A stretch of DNA of 62,152 bases from a virus: IMG/VR virus record IMGVR_UViG_3300035684_000004, positions 1-62,152 of that record; one strand, written 5' to 3'. Numbering within the stretch: the first letter of the stretch is position 1; each line of letters begins with the position of its first letter. Positions 10,301-18,837 of this stretch are shown in pieces. The notes under the pieces are model-generated. The model worked only from the letters and a program-made list of their open reading frames with translations. It was not told the origin of the DNA and ran no database searches. Position numbers and translations under genes: made by a program.

Positions 10301-10765
10301 GGCCCGCGCCGACGTGTCCGTGTCGGTCAGGCCCGCGCTAGCAGCTTTCGCCGAGACCTCCAGCACGTGGAACGCCTCGGCTCCGGCGAAGTTCGACGAA
10401 ATGATCTCGTAGAGCCCGTTCGCGAGGGTCGTCGCGGCCTGGGGCACCGTCTTCGCCAGCTCGAGGACCTGCTCGCTGGCGCCGGCGAAGTTGGTGCGGA
10501 CCTCGTCGCTGATCGTCGACACGTTCCGCATCGACGCCTCGAACGGCACCGCCGCGGCGGCGGCGACGCCGAGCGCCGTGGCGATCGCGGCGCCCCCGAG
10601 CACGACGCCCTTGGTGACGTTCGACCCGAGGATGGAGCCGAACCGGCCGCCCTGCTTCTCGGCGTTCGCGGCGAACCGGTCGATCTGCACGGTCGCCTGG
10701 TTCAGGGCGCGGGCGAGTCCGGTGCCGTCCCCGAGGACGTAGACGGTGACCGTGCGCACACCCAT
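7334..10765 (-). CDS. Tape measure protein
   Basis: 1143 aa, the largest ORF. Ala/Gly-rich helical sequence with hydrophobic central segments. Follows the major-tail and chaperone genes. GAGGAG precedes ATG 10765. Confidence 0.9.
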   Translation of the reverse strand: MGVRTVTVYVLGDGTGLARALNQATVQIDRFAANAEKQGGRFGSILGSNVTKGVVLGGAAIATALGVAAAAAVPFEASMRNVSTISDEVRTNFAGASEQVLELAKTVPQAATTLANGLYEIISSNFAGAEAFHVLEVSAKAASAGLTDTDTSARAITAALNAYGLSAASAGDVSDVLFQVVNKGVVTFHDLAQNLGDFVGIAAAAKVPLQDVGAAYAAITLAGIQAPEAATATNQLLTKLIKPTEELTKVYKALGYESGASALKQKGLQAVIQDIGRVTGGSSEQLVRMFDDVRAARGVLALLSADGANYQAAVDGIADSSKRTGATQRAFNEQMKSTQAQLTLFRNSAEAAGIAVGLKVLPPLNAFLGAAREAGGDVLPYLNAALHTVAPVFEQVWATAGNLASILVQLAQDAAPVAGALAAIAGVAVVGPLLAMLNVLRALTEFLADHVEIVELVAAVYLARLIPGLVAAGAAATVQAARTAYLTVTTAAYVVATNGAAAATARFATAAGAASIAMTAGLAAAIFLVIRGFSQWNDAQDQAKANADKVRASFNAYDTKAARAQLDGLRKTMEHTVEVGKQYEGVLGTLKAGASEVFGDGQVGKVAAEGEAAAKAYTELNAKLENTQANLTEVALETGLSNQALGVLAQRANIDLSGTFDSSADARRRLIGYVKDLKNEDAATAASIAANAQLDIEAMEKLEEAISGVVKAAKTAFERDTDVLGKYDPTGDAKKVADAQAALAKARRESTSGGTTSLRDEQRLARDRQSIADKEALMHAGRTKSYKSWLSQQQSLNRARQRLKDDEALIAARGSGGTGRSSAVEAAEQRLAEARAEQANNTLERRYRRSIDLSKSFIRDINGAIQRGLDPTVVAKLLAQGPERAEPVLQRLLADHSGNLIKMVNESETQIANLSGFVAEQARIAAIAMNAPTDQYTKDLKSAMAIAAAEAAAGGKATMDALVRSLKLPAGEIKRIAAAFGIDISTAIQSELDNRPVYVNAKGRAAPTAGNASGSKFQKPRAEGGPIDWGAFGRDQVPVLVTRREFVQPTASVDYYGMPFMEAVRTRTLPKFWDGGSPDGRPISSVLNMAGPRLVPVPIPVASRSSTDNSQTYNIEKVVVGRLSDVPSASSGGRTYSPTKGVS

Positions 10766-10779
10766 GTGTCAGCCGCTCC

Positions 10780-11433
10780 TCAGTAGCCGGGCTTGAGCTG
10801 GATCCGGGGGTGCTGCTCGTCGCCGGCCTCCCGGCGCGCGTCGGCGAGCAGCCCGCACCAGAAGCAGCCGTCGACCACGAGCTGCGCGGCGTCCGGGTTG
10901 AGGCGGCCCCGGTCGGGGACCCCGCAGCCCGTGCACGCCGACCGCGAGTCGACGAGCTCGGCGATCGCAAGGTGCCGGTCGTCCTCCGACCAGCGCAGGA
11001 ACTCGCTGCGCGGGATCCGGTACTCCCGGCACACGGACATCTCGACCTGCAGCAGCGGCGCCCGCCGGAGCCGCTCGGTGGCCCACTCCCAGCCCTTCGG
11101 CCCGGACACGCGGATCGCGTCCTCGACGATCGCAGCCCACACGTCCGGGGTCGTGGTGTCCGGCCACTGCGCGACGTCGCCGGGGGTGACGTCGGTCCGC
11201 GGTTCGTCGCCGTACTTCTCCCACCGCACGGTGTTCGCGACGACGTCCGCCTCGAACGCCTCGTGCGCCGCGTCCCGCTCGGCCTCGGGCGCGTCACCCT
11301 TCACGGTGTGCGCGGCGACCAGCTCGTTCCACCGGTCACCGCCGCACGGCACCATCCCGAGCAGCCACGTCACGACACCCTGATCGTCGGTGTCGTCGTC
11401 CTCGAGCTCGTACTCCATCACCTGCTCGGTCAC
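10780..11433 (-). CDS. Hypothetical protein, acidic N-terminus and Cys-rich C-terminus
   Basis: 217 aa. GTG 11433 overlaps the upstream stop (GTGA). Contains CTGC...CFWC pairs. Confidence 0.6.
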   Translation of the reverse strand: MTEQVMEYELEDDDTDDQGVVTWLLGMVPCGGDRWNELVAAHTVKGDAPEAERDAAHEAFEADVVANTVRWEKYGDEPRTDVTPGDVAQWPDTTTPDVWAAIVEDAIRVSGPKGWEWATERLRRAPLLQVEMSVCREYRIPRSEFLRWSEDDRHLAIAELVDSRSACTGCGVPDRGRLNPDAAQLVVDGCFWCGLLADARREAGDEQHPRIQLKPGY

Positions 11434-11621
11434 GACGCTCCCCTCGTCTCGATCTCGTCCGCGCGCGGCACGACCGCGGACGCGAGCACCTCATGCATCC
11501 GCCGGTGCCGCACCGCCGCCCGCCGCCGGCCCTCGCGCACGACCAGACCGAGCTGCGGCCGGCACGGGCACGTCAGGTCAGGCTCGTGCTCCTCCCCAGC
11601 GGGCATGAGGTGCAGCGCCAT
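11430..11621 (-). CDS. Small ORF (63 aa) in the -1 frame at the end of the chaperone candidate
   Basis: ATG 11621 shares the A of the upstream TGA. Peptide MALHLMPAGEEHEPDLTCPCRPQL... Confidence 0.4.
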   Translation of the reverse strand: MALHLMPAGEEHEPDLTCPCRPQLGLVVREGRRRAAVRHRRMHEVLASAVVPRADEIETRGAS

Positions 11622-12271
11622 CAGCCCTGCTCGGTCAGCGCCCGCAGCGATGGCTGGCGCGCCTTGTCGGCGGTCCGGAGCGACTGGTTCACGGCGATCG
11701 CCGTCGCGACGAGCACCTCGACGTCCGCGGCCGACCACGCGCTCTTGGGCGGCAGCCCGCCGGCGTGCTCGTCGTCGCCCTCTTCGCTGGCAGCGAACAC
11801 CTCGTCCCAGTCGACGTCGGCAGGGGACACGCAGCAGTCCTCGACGAGCGCCCTCGGGAACGTGTCGGGGTTCCACGCCAGCTCCTGACCTCGGGCGGTC
11901 GCATCGGCCTTCTGCTGCTCGGTCGGGGGGTGCTGCAGGACCATCGCCCGGAGCCGGCGAGCGCCGTTCGCCTCGAACACGAACCACGTCGTCGCCTCGT
12001 CGAGCGCCTCGTTCGCGGCCGCCAGGTCGCCTTCGATCTGCGCGAGGCCCTCGGCGTCCTCCCGCTGCACGTTCTCGAGCGCAACCTCCGGGTCGACGCC
12101 GGCGGCGGCGTACTCCGCGAGCCGCCGAGGCCTGGTCCGCTCGAGCTCGATGCGGACCTTGTCGCGGGCCTGCTCGATGTGCTCGACCCGGTCCGCGACC
12201 TCGTCGTCGAGGTAGATCCCCACGACCATCCGCCGCGGCTTCTTGCTGCCCTGCTTGCTCTTGCTCGACAC
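11621..12271 (-). CDS. Tail assembly chaperone candidate
   Basis: 216 aa and acidic. Lies between the major tail protein and the tape measure. GGAGGAGG precedes GTG 12271. The call rests on position only. Confidence 0.55.
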   Translation of the reverse strand: MSSKSKQGSKKPRRMVVGIYLDDEVADRVEHIEQARDKVRIELERTRPRRLAEYAAAGVDPEVALENVQREDAEGLAQIEGDLAAANEALDEATTWFVFEANGARRLRAMVLQHPPTEQQKADATARGQELAWNPDTFPRALVEDCCVSPADVDWDEVFAASEEGDDEHAGGLPPKSAWSAADVEVLVATAIAVNQSLRTADKARQPSLRALTEQG

Positions 12272-12507
12272 GTGGCCTCCTCCGTTGTGACGGGGGCGCC
12301 GTCCGGGCGTTATAGCCCCGGGCCTACCGGGGGAACCGTCCGTGGGCGCCTACCCTGGCGGTAGGCCCGTGCTGGTGATGCGCGGCGCTGACGGTGTGAC
12401 CGACCAGGAGGCCGATCGACACCGCGGGGGGTGGGCCCGGGTCCGGTCAGGACCGGGGGACGACCGGGACGACGACGACCGGCCCGGGCCCAGCTCCTCC
12501 CCGAGCG

Positions 12508-12999
12508 CTACGTGATCGCCTTGTCCTTGCGGGGCTGCCCCGTGAACGCGACCTGGCACACCGACCGCGCGAGCTGCGCGTCCAGCGACAGGTCCCGGTT
12601 CAGCGCACCCGACTTGTGCGGCCAGATGTCGACCTTGTCGCCCGTCGTCGGCGCCAGCTTCGACGGGCACACCACCAGGTAGCCGCTCGACCCCTCCACG
12701 AGCGCCGTCCTGGCGGCGGCCCGGACCGTGGAGTCCGCGGACACCGTCCCGTCGTCGTCGAGGATCGTGATCGTCCCGTCGCCGAGGGTCTGCGGGCCGT
12801 CGACCTGCAGCTCCTCCTTCTGCGACATGACCGGCGTGTTGATCCGGTTCAGCGACGTCTCGAACCCGCCGAGCGCGGTGACGGCCGCCGTGATGTTCGT
12901 GCCGGCCGCGAGCTCGGCCGCGGTCGGGCCCGCCGTGGACGACGCGATCGTCGGCACCACGAAGATCGAGGACTGGCCCCGCCGGAAGTACAGCGACAC
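12508..12999 (-). CDS. Major tail protein
   Basis: 163 aa with a beta-rich sequence. Sits at the canonical position upstream of chaperone and tape measure. Confidence 0.7.
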   Translation of the reverse strand: MSLYFRRGQSSIFVVPTIASSTAGPTAAELAAGTNITAAVTALGGFETSLNRINTPVMSQKEELQVDGPQTLGDGTITILDDDGTVSADSTVRAAARTALVEGSSGYLVVCPSKLAPTTGDKVDIWPHKSGALNRDLSLDAQLARSVCQVAFTGQPRKDKAIT

Positions 13000-13002
13000 G
13001 GG

Positions 13003-13350
13003 TCAGCCCTCCGTGCTCGACGTCGACCCCGACCGGCTGGCCGACGTCGTGCTGCTCGTGCCGGCCGACCGCTTCGACGACCGGCTGAACTTCTTCGCCT
13101 GCTCCTTGCGCAGAGCGGCGCGGTCGACCGGGCCGGCCGTCCCGTCGTCCTGCGCGTCGGGGTCGGCCTTCTCGATGCTGTCGACCGCCTCGCCGTTGCG
13201 GTCCACCAGCACCCAGCCCCGGTCCTCCCACAGCGACTCGAACGCCTCGACCGTGAAGGTGGCGATCAGGTGCTCGGACGGCGTGTCGGGGTCGGCGATC
13301 AGGTCGCCGTGGGTGTCGAGGTGCGCGGCGAGCACGTGGGTCTGCGTCAT
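13003..13350 (-). CDS. Hypothetical acidic protein (115 aa)
   Basis: ATG 13350 with GGAGG upstream. Preceded by a conserved leader element. Confidence 0.65.
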   Translation of the reverse strand: MTQTHVLAAHLDTHGDLIADPDTPSEHLIATFTVEAFESLWEDRGWVLVDRNGEAVDSIEKADPDAQDDGTAGPVDRAALRKEQAKKFSRSSKRSAGTSSTTSASRSGSTSSTEG

Positions 13351-13448
13351 GGACGCCTGCCTCCGGTGCTGTGAGCTGGGTGCCGCTCAGCCCGGGGCCC
13401 CGCCCGTGGCGGGTGGTGGGTCTGTCGTCCGCGGGTGGTCGCGGTCCC

Positions 13449-13464
13449 GGTCACAGGGTACGGG
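13449..13464. repeat. GGTCACAGGGTACGGG 16-mer, copy 1 (core of a ~100-bp related leader)
   Basis: Exact second copy at 25313..25328. The flanks share GGTGCCGCTC, CCGGTGCTGT and GCGCCGCCCG blocks. Confidence 0.85.
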
Positions 13465-13494
13465 CGCCGCCCGTCCGCCGGGGTCAGGACACGG

Positions 13495-13692
13495 CTACGA
13501 GCGCATCCCCCGCGTCACGACGTCGCGCCAGGCCCCCGGAGGCACGTCCTGTGGCCGCCACGCAATCGGGGACTCCAACCAGATGGGAGGCAGGCCCTCG
13601 TGGACCGTGACCAACAGCCCGTCCCGGAGAAGCCGCGGCTTGCGTGACCTGGGGGTGCTGTCGCTCCGTTCGCGATCACCGTCCGGGCTCAT
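13495..13692 (-). CDS. Possible small ORF (65 aa)
   Basis: ATG 13692 lies 4 nt after the upstream stop. Third-position GC is weaker than in neighbouring genes, so the call is uncertain. Confidence 0.3.
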   Translation of the reverse strand: MSPDGDRERSDSTPRSRKPRLLRDGLLVTVHEGLPPIWLESPIAWRPQDVPPGAWRDVVTRGMRS

Positions 13693-13696
13693 GCGT

Positions 13697-14143
13697 TCAG
13701 GTTACGGGCTGCAGGGTCAGGGTGACCGGCAGCACGGCGTTCCCCCACCCACCGCCGAACGCCGGCGGCGGGAGCTGCGCCTCGGTCAGCTCGCGGAGCA
13801 GCACCTGCGTGCCGGCCACCGCGAGCGGCACCGCCCACCCCGACACCGACCGCGCGACCAGCGCGCGCGCCGCGCGGCCGCGGAGCTGGATGACCTGCTC
13901 CACCGACGTGCCGATGCACGTCACCCGGATCCGGACCCGCACCAGCTCGTACCGGCCGACCATCGTCTCGCTGTGCAGCGACGGGCCCGCCGTCTCGACC
14001 AGGCACATCGGCGCCGTCGGCGCGCCGTCCAGGACGTGCTCGTCGACCCGCAGCCCCGGGACGTCGGCGAGGCCCGCGAGCAGGCACGCCCGGACGCCGG
14101 CGACCGCCGGGACCTCCGCCTGGTACAGCTGCTGGTCGGTCAT
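13697..14143 (-). CDS. Neck/tail-terminator-type protein (position-based)
   Basis: 148 aa from ATG 14143 (ATGA overlap). Last gene before the major-tail region. Confidence 0.5.
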   Translation of the reverse strand: MTDQQLYQAEVPAVAGVRACLLAGLADVPGLRVDEHVLDGAPTAPMCLVETAGPSLHSETMVGRYELVRVRIRVTCIGTSVEQVIQLRGRAARALVARSVSGWAVPLAVAGTQVLLRELTEAQLPPPAFGGGWGNAVLPVTLTLQPVT

Positions 14144-14610
14144 CCGCTGAACACCGGCCCACCCCGCCGCCCCGACACCAGGGACGCGACGAGCGCGTCC
14201 AGGCGCCGCTCGAGCTCCTCCTCCGCCTCGTCGACGGCCGGGCCGATGTGCGGGTACGCCGGCTGGTCGAACCGGCGGCCGAGGGAGTCCGCGCCGTGGA
14301 ACCCGTACTCGAGGCGGTCGGCCTGCGGCGCGTCCGTCCAGACGGCGGCCGAGACACCGGAGTGGTCGACCTCCCACGACGACACGTACTCGCCGGTGAC
14401 GACGTTCGGGCCCGGGCCGGTGCCGGGGATGTGGCCCTGGTTCGGGCCGTGGAACCCGGTCATCGCGTTCCGCTGGATCCGCCGCCGCAGCCCCTCGGCG
14501 CTGGCGCGGGTCAGCGCCTCGCACTCGGTCCCGAAGCGGGCGGCGTCGAGCGCGAACTCCGCCGCGATCTCGCGGGCGCCTCGGACCTCGATCCCTCGTC
14601 TGGCGGGCAT
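14140..14610 (-). CDS. HK97 gp10-like neck protein
   Basis: 156 aa. The ...APQADRLEYGFHG... segment matches the gp10-family EYG signature. GAGGAGG precedes ATG 14610. Confidence 0.65.
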   Translation of the reverse strand: MPARRGIEVRGAREIAAEFALDAARFGTECEALTRASAEGLRRRIQRNAMTGFHGPNQGHIPGTGPGPNVVTGEYVSSWEVDHSGVSAAVWTDAPQADRLEYGFHGADSLGRRFDQPAYPHIGPAVDEAEEELERRLDALVASLVSGRRGGPVFSG

Positions 14611-14619
14611 GGTGCCTCC

Positions 14620-15048
14620 TCAGGGGCGGGTGACGGGCGACGCGGACAGCAGCACGACGATCCCGGCGGACGACCGCTGGATCAGCGTGACGGCGTACTC
14701 GGCGCCGACGAGCGCCGCGTCGCGGGACGTCTCCACGACCACCTCGTCGCGGAGCTGCACCTCGACGGCGTCCTCGTCGCGGAGCAGGACCTGCACGGTG
14801 GCCTTCCCCGCTGGCCGGGCGGGGAGCTTGTCGCTGACCTGCACGTCGCGGGTCGCCGGCGTGACGATCGCGGGCACACCCTGCGCGTACGCCGCCTGGA
14901 CACCGTCCTCTGGCACGAGCGTCACCGGGTCCACGGCGGCACCTGCGGGGTCCCGCGGCCGCCGCAGCGTCACCGTGCACGCGGACGTGAGGATCGCCTG
15001 GTCGACGTCCCGCTCCGCGCGGGTCAGGGTCGCAGCGAGGTCAACCAC
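14620..15048 (-). CDS. Head-tail joining/head-closure-type protein (position-based)
   Basis: 142 aa. GTG 15048 overlaps the upstream gene by 8 nt. Confidence 0.5.
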   Translation of the reverse strand: MVDLAATLTRAERDVDQAILTSACTVTLRRPRDPAGAAVDPVTLVPEDGVQAAYAQGVPAIVTPATRDVQVSDKLPARPAGKATVQVLLRDEDAVEVQLRDEVVVETSRDAALVGAEYAVTLIQRSSAGIVVLLSASPVTRP

Positions 15049-15643
15049 CGTCGATCTCGCTTCCGAGCCTGGTCAGCAGCGCGTCCTTCACGGCCTGCCC
15101 GATGCCCACGCCCATCGAGCCCTCCGCGATCGCGTTCTGCAGCGCGGCCGGGTCGAGGTGCTCGACCCACTGCCGCGCGTGCGCGCGCCACGGGGTCGGG
15201 ACGTCCATCTGGACCTGCACCACCCCAGGGCCCTCGAACGTGAAGTCCGTGTCGTGCGCGGCGACGAGGACCACCTTCGGCGTCTGCGCTGCCCGGACCG
15301 CCAGGTGCACCTCCCGGACCTGCCTCGACCAGTCCTGCCCGTTCACCACGACCGTGCCGGCGCCGGTCGGCTGGACGTTCACCTGCACGTGCGCCGTGTC
15401 GGGAGCGGCGAACGTCTCGCGGGGCGGCCGCGGCGGGGTCTGGACCTTCGGACCCTCCACGTACTGCGTTCCGCCACCGTTCATGGACGGCACCGCGATC
15501 GGGTTCTCCATGTCGGCCGGGTCCGGACCTCCACCGCAGGTAGGGCAGTCCGGGGAGCAACCCTGCCCGTGCCCAGGGCAGTTGATGCCGCAGGCTCGGG
15601 AGTGCGGGCGCCTGTCCTTGTCTCCGCTCATGCTGGCCATCAT
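15041..15643 (-). CDS. Hypothetical protein with Cys-rich N-terminus
   Basis: 200 aa from ATG 15643 (ATGA overlap with the MuF-like stop). N-terminus ACGINCPGHGQGCSPDCPTCG. Confidence 0.6.
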   Translation of the reverse strand: MMASMSGDKDRRPHSRACGINCPGHGQGCSPDCPTCGGGPDPADMENPIAVPSMNGGGTQYVEGPKVQTPPRPPRETFAAPDTAHVQVNVQPTGAGTVVVNGQDWSRQVREVHLAVRAAQTPKVVLVAAHDTDFTFEGPGVVQVQMDVPTPWRAHARQWVEHLDPAALQNAIAEGSMGVGIGQAVKDALLTRLGSEIDGG

Positions 15644-16680
15644 GACGTGCCGGTCGGGCCCTGCGCCGGTGCCCGCCGCGTCGCGAGCGCCGCCCGGCGT
15701 GTCCCACCCGGCGGCACACCACCAGCGGCACGCGCCGACGCCCGCGCGAGGGTCTGCGCATGCCGGGCGGCCGCCGGCGCCAGCACCGCCAGCGCGCGGG
15801 TGTCGAGCCGGCCCGACGGCGTCCGGACGGCGGGCAGGTCCGGCGCGACCCGGTCCGGCGCCCCACCGGGCGACAGCGGCTGCGCGGCGCGCGCCTGCTC
15901 GTCGGAGCGGACGTCGAGCCGGGGGAACGACGACCGGCCGCAGTTCGGGTGCGCCAGCGGGTACGCGCCCGCTTCCTCGAGGGACCGGATCGTGCCGTTC
16001 GCCTTGTCCGGGTCGTCGTGCCGGGTCCACCCGCACCCGAACCCGTCGCTGATCTCGACGTGCGTGACGCCGGCCTGCCGGAACAGGTCGAAGCTCCCGA
16101 GCTGCCACGTCTCGGCGAGCTTGGTCCGGACCGCCATCCGCGCGTACGTGTCGAGCTGGTGCCGCGACCCGTCCCGGTAGACGACCGCGGTGAGGCCCCG
16201 GTCCCGCAGCGCCCGCTCGAGGACCTTCGCCTGCTCCCCAGCCGTCCCGTCCACCTCGGAGATCCGGGACACGGCCCGGGCCAGCGCCCGCGCCGTCGAC
16301 AGCGCGTACGACGACGCGCCCCGCAGGTCGGCGACCAAGTCCCGGACGGCGGCGTCAACGACACCCTTCCGGACCTCGAGCGCCCGGCCCAGCTCCGCGA
16401 CGGTCCCCGACGCCGCGGCCTCCACCACGCCCCGGACGGCGTCCGACACGGCAACGTCGGCGCTCGCGTCGAGCTGGTCGATGAGCGCGACGGCCTGCGC
16501 CGCGAACGCCGCAGCGCGGCGCCTGCGGACCGCCGGGGGCTCCTGGGTGAAGGTGCCCCGGATCCGCGCCAGAGACTCCAGGAGACGCCTGGTGACGCTC
16601 TCGTACGGGGCCACGAGGGTGTTGGTGTGCCGCTCCACTCCGGCCGCGCCGAGACCGCGCCGCCCGGCCGGAGTGGTCAC
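15640..16680 (-). CDS. MuF/SPP1 gp7-like minor head protein
   Basis: 346 aa. C-terminal CGWTRHDDPDKANGTIRSLEEAGAYPLAHPNCGRS fits the W..D...NG....HPNC signature. Confidence 0.75.
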   Translation of the reverse strand: MTTPAGRRGLGAAGVERHTNTLVAPYESVTRRLLESLARIRGTFTQEPPAVRRRRAAAFAAQAVALIDQLDASADVAVSDAVRGVVEAAASGTVAELGRALEVRKGVVDAAVRDLVADLRGASSYALSTARALARAVSRISEVDGTAGEQAKVLERALRDRGLTAVVYRDGSRHQLDTYARMAVRTKLAETWQLGSFDLFRQAGVTHVEISDGFGCGWTRHDDPDKANGTIRSLEEAGAYPLAHPNCGRSSFPRLDVRSDEQARAAQPLSPGGAPDRVAPDLPAVRTPSGRLDTRALAVLAPAAARHAQTLARASARAAGGVPPGGTRRAALATRRAPAQGPTGTS

Positions 16681-17057
16681 GGCCGCAGCCAGCCCGTCCC
16701 GCCACCCAGGTACCGCCTCGACGTCCCGCGGTACGACGGGCCCTGCAGCCGGCCGCCGGTCGTCAGGCCGACCGTGACCCCCGCGATCGCGGAGAGCCGG
16801 TCAACCTGCGCCCGGAGCAGCGTCACGTTCCCGCTCGAGGACTGAGCGATCGACAGGCCGCCCGGCAGGCCGATCGACACCGACCCGGCGACCTGGTCGG
16901 CGAGGCGCTCCCCGAGGACCTGCGCGGCAACCGCCGCCCAACGCCGCGTCTCCGGCACGTCGTTGATCTCGTCCCACAGGTCGGTGAGCGCGTCGTCGTC
17001 CGGGGACGTGCCCACCTCGGCCCGGATCCGGCGCAGCTGCTGATCGGTCATCGCCAC
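16677..17057 (-). CDS. Head-tail connector (gp6-like) candidate
   Basis: About 126 aa. The start is ambiguous (GTG 17057, GTG 17066 or ATG 17051). The N-terminus MTDQQLRRIRAEVGTSPDDDALTDLW is typical of small connector proteins. Confidence 0.5.
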   Translation of the reverse strand: MAMTDQQLRRIRAEVGTSPDDDALTDLWDEINDVPETRRWAAVAAQVLGERLADQVAGSVSIGLPGGLSIAQSSSGNVTLLRAQVDRLSAIAGVTVGLTTGGRLQGPSYRGTSRRYLGGGTGWLRP

Positions 17058-17093
17058 GACACCCACCCCTCTCGTTCGCTGCCAGTCACCAGA

Positions 17094-18326
17094 TCATGAC
17101 GTGGTGTGCATCCACATCTTCGGGGCCACACCGTTCGCGTCCCGGCTCGCGTTCTGCCCGTCAGCGGTGAACTGGGCCGGCAGCGACGAGAACCCGCTGG
17201 TCGTACCGGTCCCGTCCACGGCCACCATCCCGTACGTCGCCGTGTTCGCTCCGGGGGTCGCCGCAGAGGTGCTCGTCGACCACCCCGCGGACGCCGTCGG
17301 CGCGTTCAGCGCCCGCCACTGCACGTTGCTGCCCGTGGACAACCCTGCCAACCAGTACCACCCCGGCGTGAGCGCGAGCGGCGCCGTCAGCGACGCGGTG
17401 CGCATCGCCGACCCGGCGCCCGACAGGAACGGCGTCACCTCGCGCAGCAGCGCTCCAGGCAGGCCCGCCGCGTTCGTGTCGTAGATCCCTAGGTGGATCA
17501 GCCCGCTCGTCTTCCCCAGCGTGATGTCCATCGCCAGCTTGTCCACGGGCACCGTGCTCGGCACCAGGATCGGCGACGCGTACGCCGTAGCCAGCGTCGG
17601 CGCGACGTCCGCGCCGCCAGTGTTCAGGTTCGTGTACCAGCGCCCCGTCGTCCACGGGATCCCCCCGACGCCGCTCCCACCGGACCCGGACGGGCCCGTC
17701 GCGCCGCGGATGTCGACGGCGTCCGCGAGGACCGCGGTCAGCCCAGCGGCACCCACGTACAGGCCGGTCGCCGGCTTCGTCCCGGACCCCCCAACCCAGT
17801 CGAGGACCTGCAGCACCCGCCGCGACCCATCCGACACGACAGCGAGCGCCGGGGTCCACCCGTTCACGCCGTCCGCGCCCGCAGGGCCCGCCGCTCCCGC
17901 CGGGCCGGTCGGACCTGCGGCGCCGACCTCGCCAGCCGGACCGCTCGGACCAGCCGGGCCGGTGGGCCCCGCGGGGCCTGTGGCGCCGGCTGGTCCGGTG
18001 TCTCCGGTGTCGCCCTTCGGACCGGGCGGTCCGGCCGATCCCGTCGCTCCTGCGGGCCCCTGGGCGCCGGCGGCGCCGGTGTCTCCCTTCGGACCCTGGG
18101 CGCCTGCCGGGCCAGCAGGACCCGACGCACCAGCTGGACCCGTGGCACCCGCCGGGCCCGCTGGTCCCTGCGGTCCCGTCTGGCCCGCCGGACCCGGCGG
18201 GCCAGGGACGCCGCCCTCGAGCACCACCGCCGCCGGCGGGCCGCTCGGCGCCGCCACCGCGCCGCCCGTCGGGGGCACCGTGACGACGGCCGCGCCCGGC
18301 GCCGGGACGACGACCGGGTCAGCCAC
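17094..18326 (-). CDS. Collagen-like (Gly-X-Y repeat) fibre protein
   Basis: 410 aa. About 100 residues of uninterrupted GPAG/GPQG/GDTG triplets, followed by a globular C-terminal domain. Confidence 0.85.
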   Translation of the reverse strand: MADPVVVPAPGAAVVTVPPTGGAVAAPSGPPAAVVLEGGVPGPPGPAGQTGPQGPAGPAGATGPAGASGPAGPAGAQGPKGDTGAAGAQGPAGATGSAGPPGPKGDTGDTGPAGATGPAGPTGPAGPSGPAGEVGAAGPTGPAGAAGPAGADGVNGWTPALAVVSDGSRRVLQVLDWVGGSGTKPATGLYVGAAGLTAVLADAVDIRGATGPSGSGGSGVGGIPWTTGRWYTNLNTGGADVAPTLATAYASPILVPSTVPVDKLAMDITLGKTSGLIHLGIYDTNAAGLPGALLREVTPFLSGAGSAMRTASLTAPLALTPGWYWLAGLSTGSNVQWRALNAPTASAGWSTSTSAATPGANTATYGMVAVDGTGTTSGFSSLPAQFTADGQNASRDANGVAPKMWMHTTS

Positions 18327-18780
18327 CGGTCGTCACCTGCCCCGACAACAGCACCCCGCCCTCAAGGAACCGCACCACCCGCCCGCTCGTGTGCTTGAGC
18401 TCCAAGTCGAACGGCGCCGGCCGGCTCTGGTCCACCCACGTCCACGCCTCGCTCGCGGCCGCCGCGAGCTGCACCGTGATCCGGCCCGCCTTCCCCCCAG
18501 CGGTCAGACCCGCGTGCGGGGACGGCGTCGGGACCGTGTACTCGTCCAGCGTGATCGGCCCCGCGACGCCGTCCGTGACGTCCGCAGTGTGGAACCGCGC
18601 CAGCAGCGCGCCGCCCCGGGACTCGCGGACCTCCATCCGCGCGATCCAGCTTCCCGGCCACCCCGCCGGCAGCCCGGCCGGGTTCCCCTCGGCCCACAGC
18701 CACGACACCGACCAGTCCGCGCCCTGGGGGATGACCAGGGGCCCGGACAGCACCGCCAACGACGCCGGCTTGTGCGCCAC
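18319..18780 (-). CDS. Hypothetical protein (153 aa) of the fibre cassette
   Basis: GTG 18780 is preceded by AAGGAGGA. Confidence 0.65.
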   Translation of the reverse strand: MAHKPASLAVLSGPLVIPQGADWSVSWLWAEGNPAGLPAGWPGSWIARMEVRESRGGALLARFHTADVTDGVAGPITLDEYTVPTPSPHAGLTAGGKAGRITVQLAAAASEAWTWVDQSRPAPFDLELKHTSGRVVRFLEGGVLLSGQVTTGG

Positions 18781-18837
18781 CCTCGTCCTCCTTCTCGAGC
18801 TCGTACCGCGCTGGCCACCCCGCCGCTATGCCGAGGG

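Noticed and set aside
17500-18200. Periodic 9-bp DNA repetition as a non-coding tandem repeat.
   Set aside because: It is the Gly-X-Y coding repeat of the collagen-like fibre gene.
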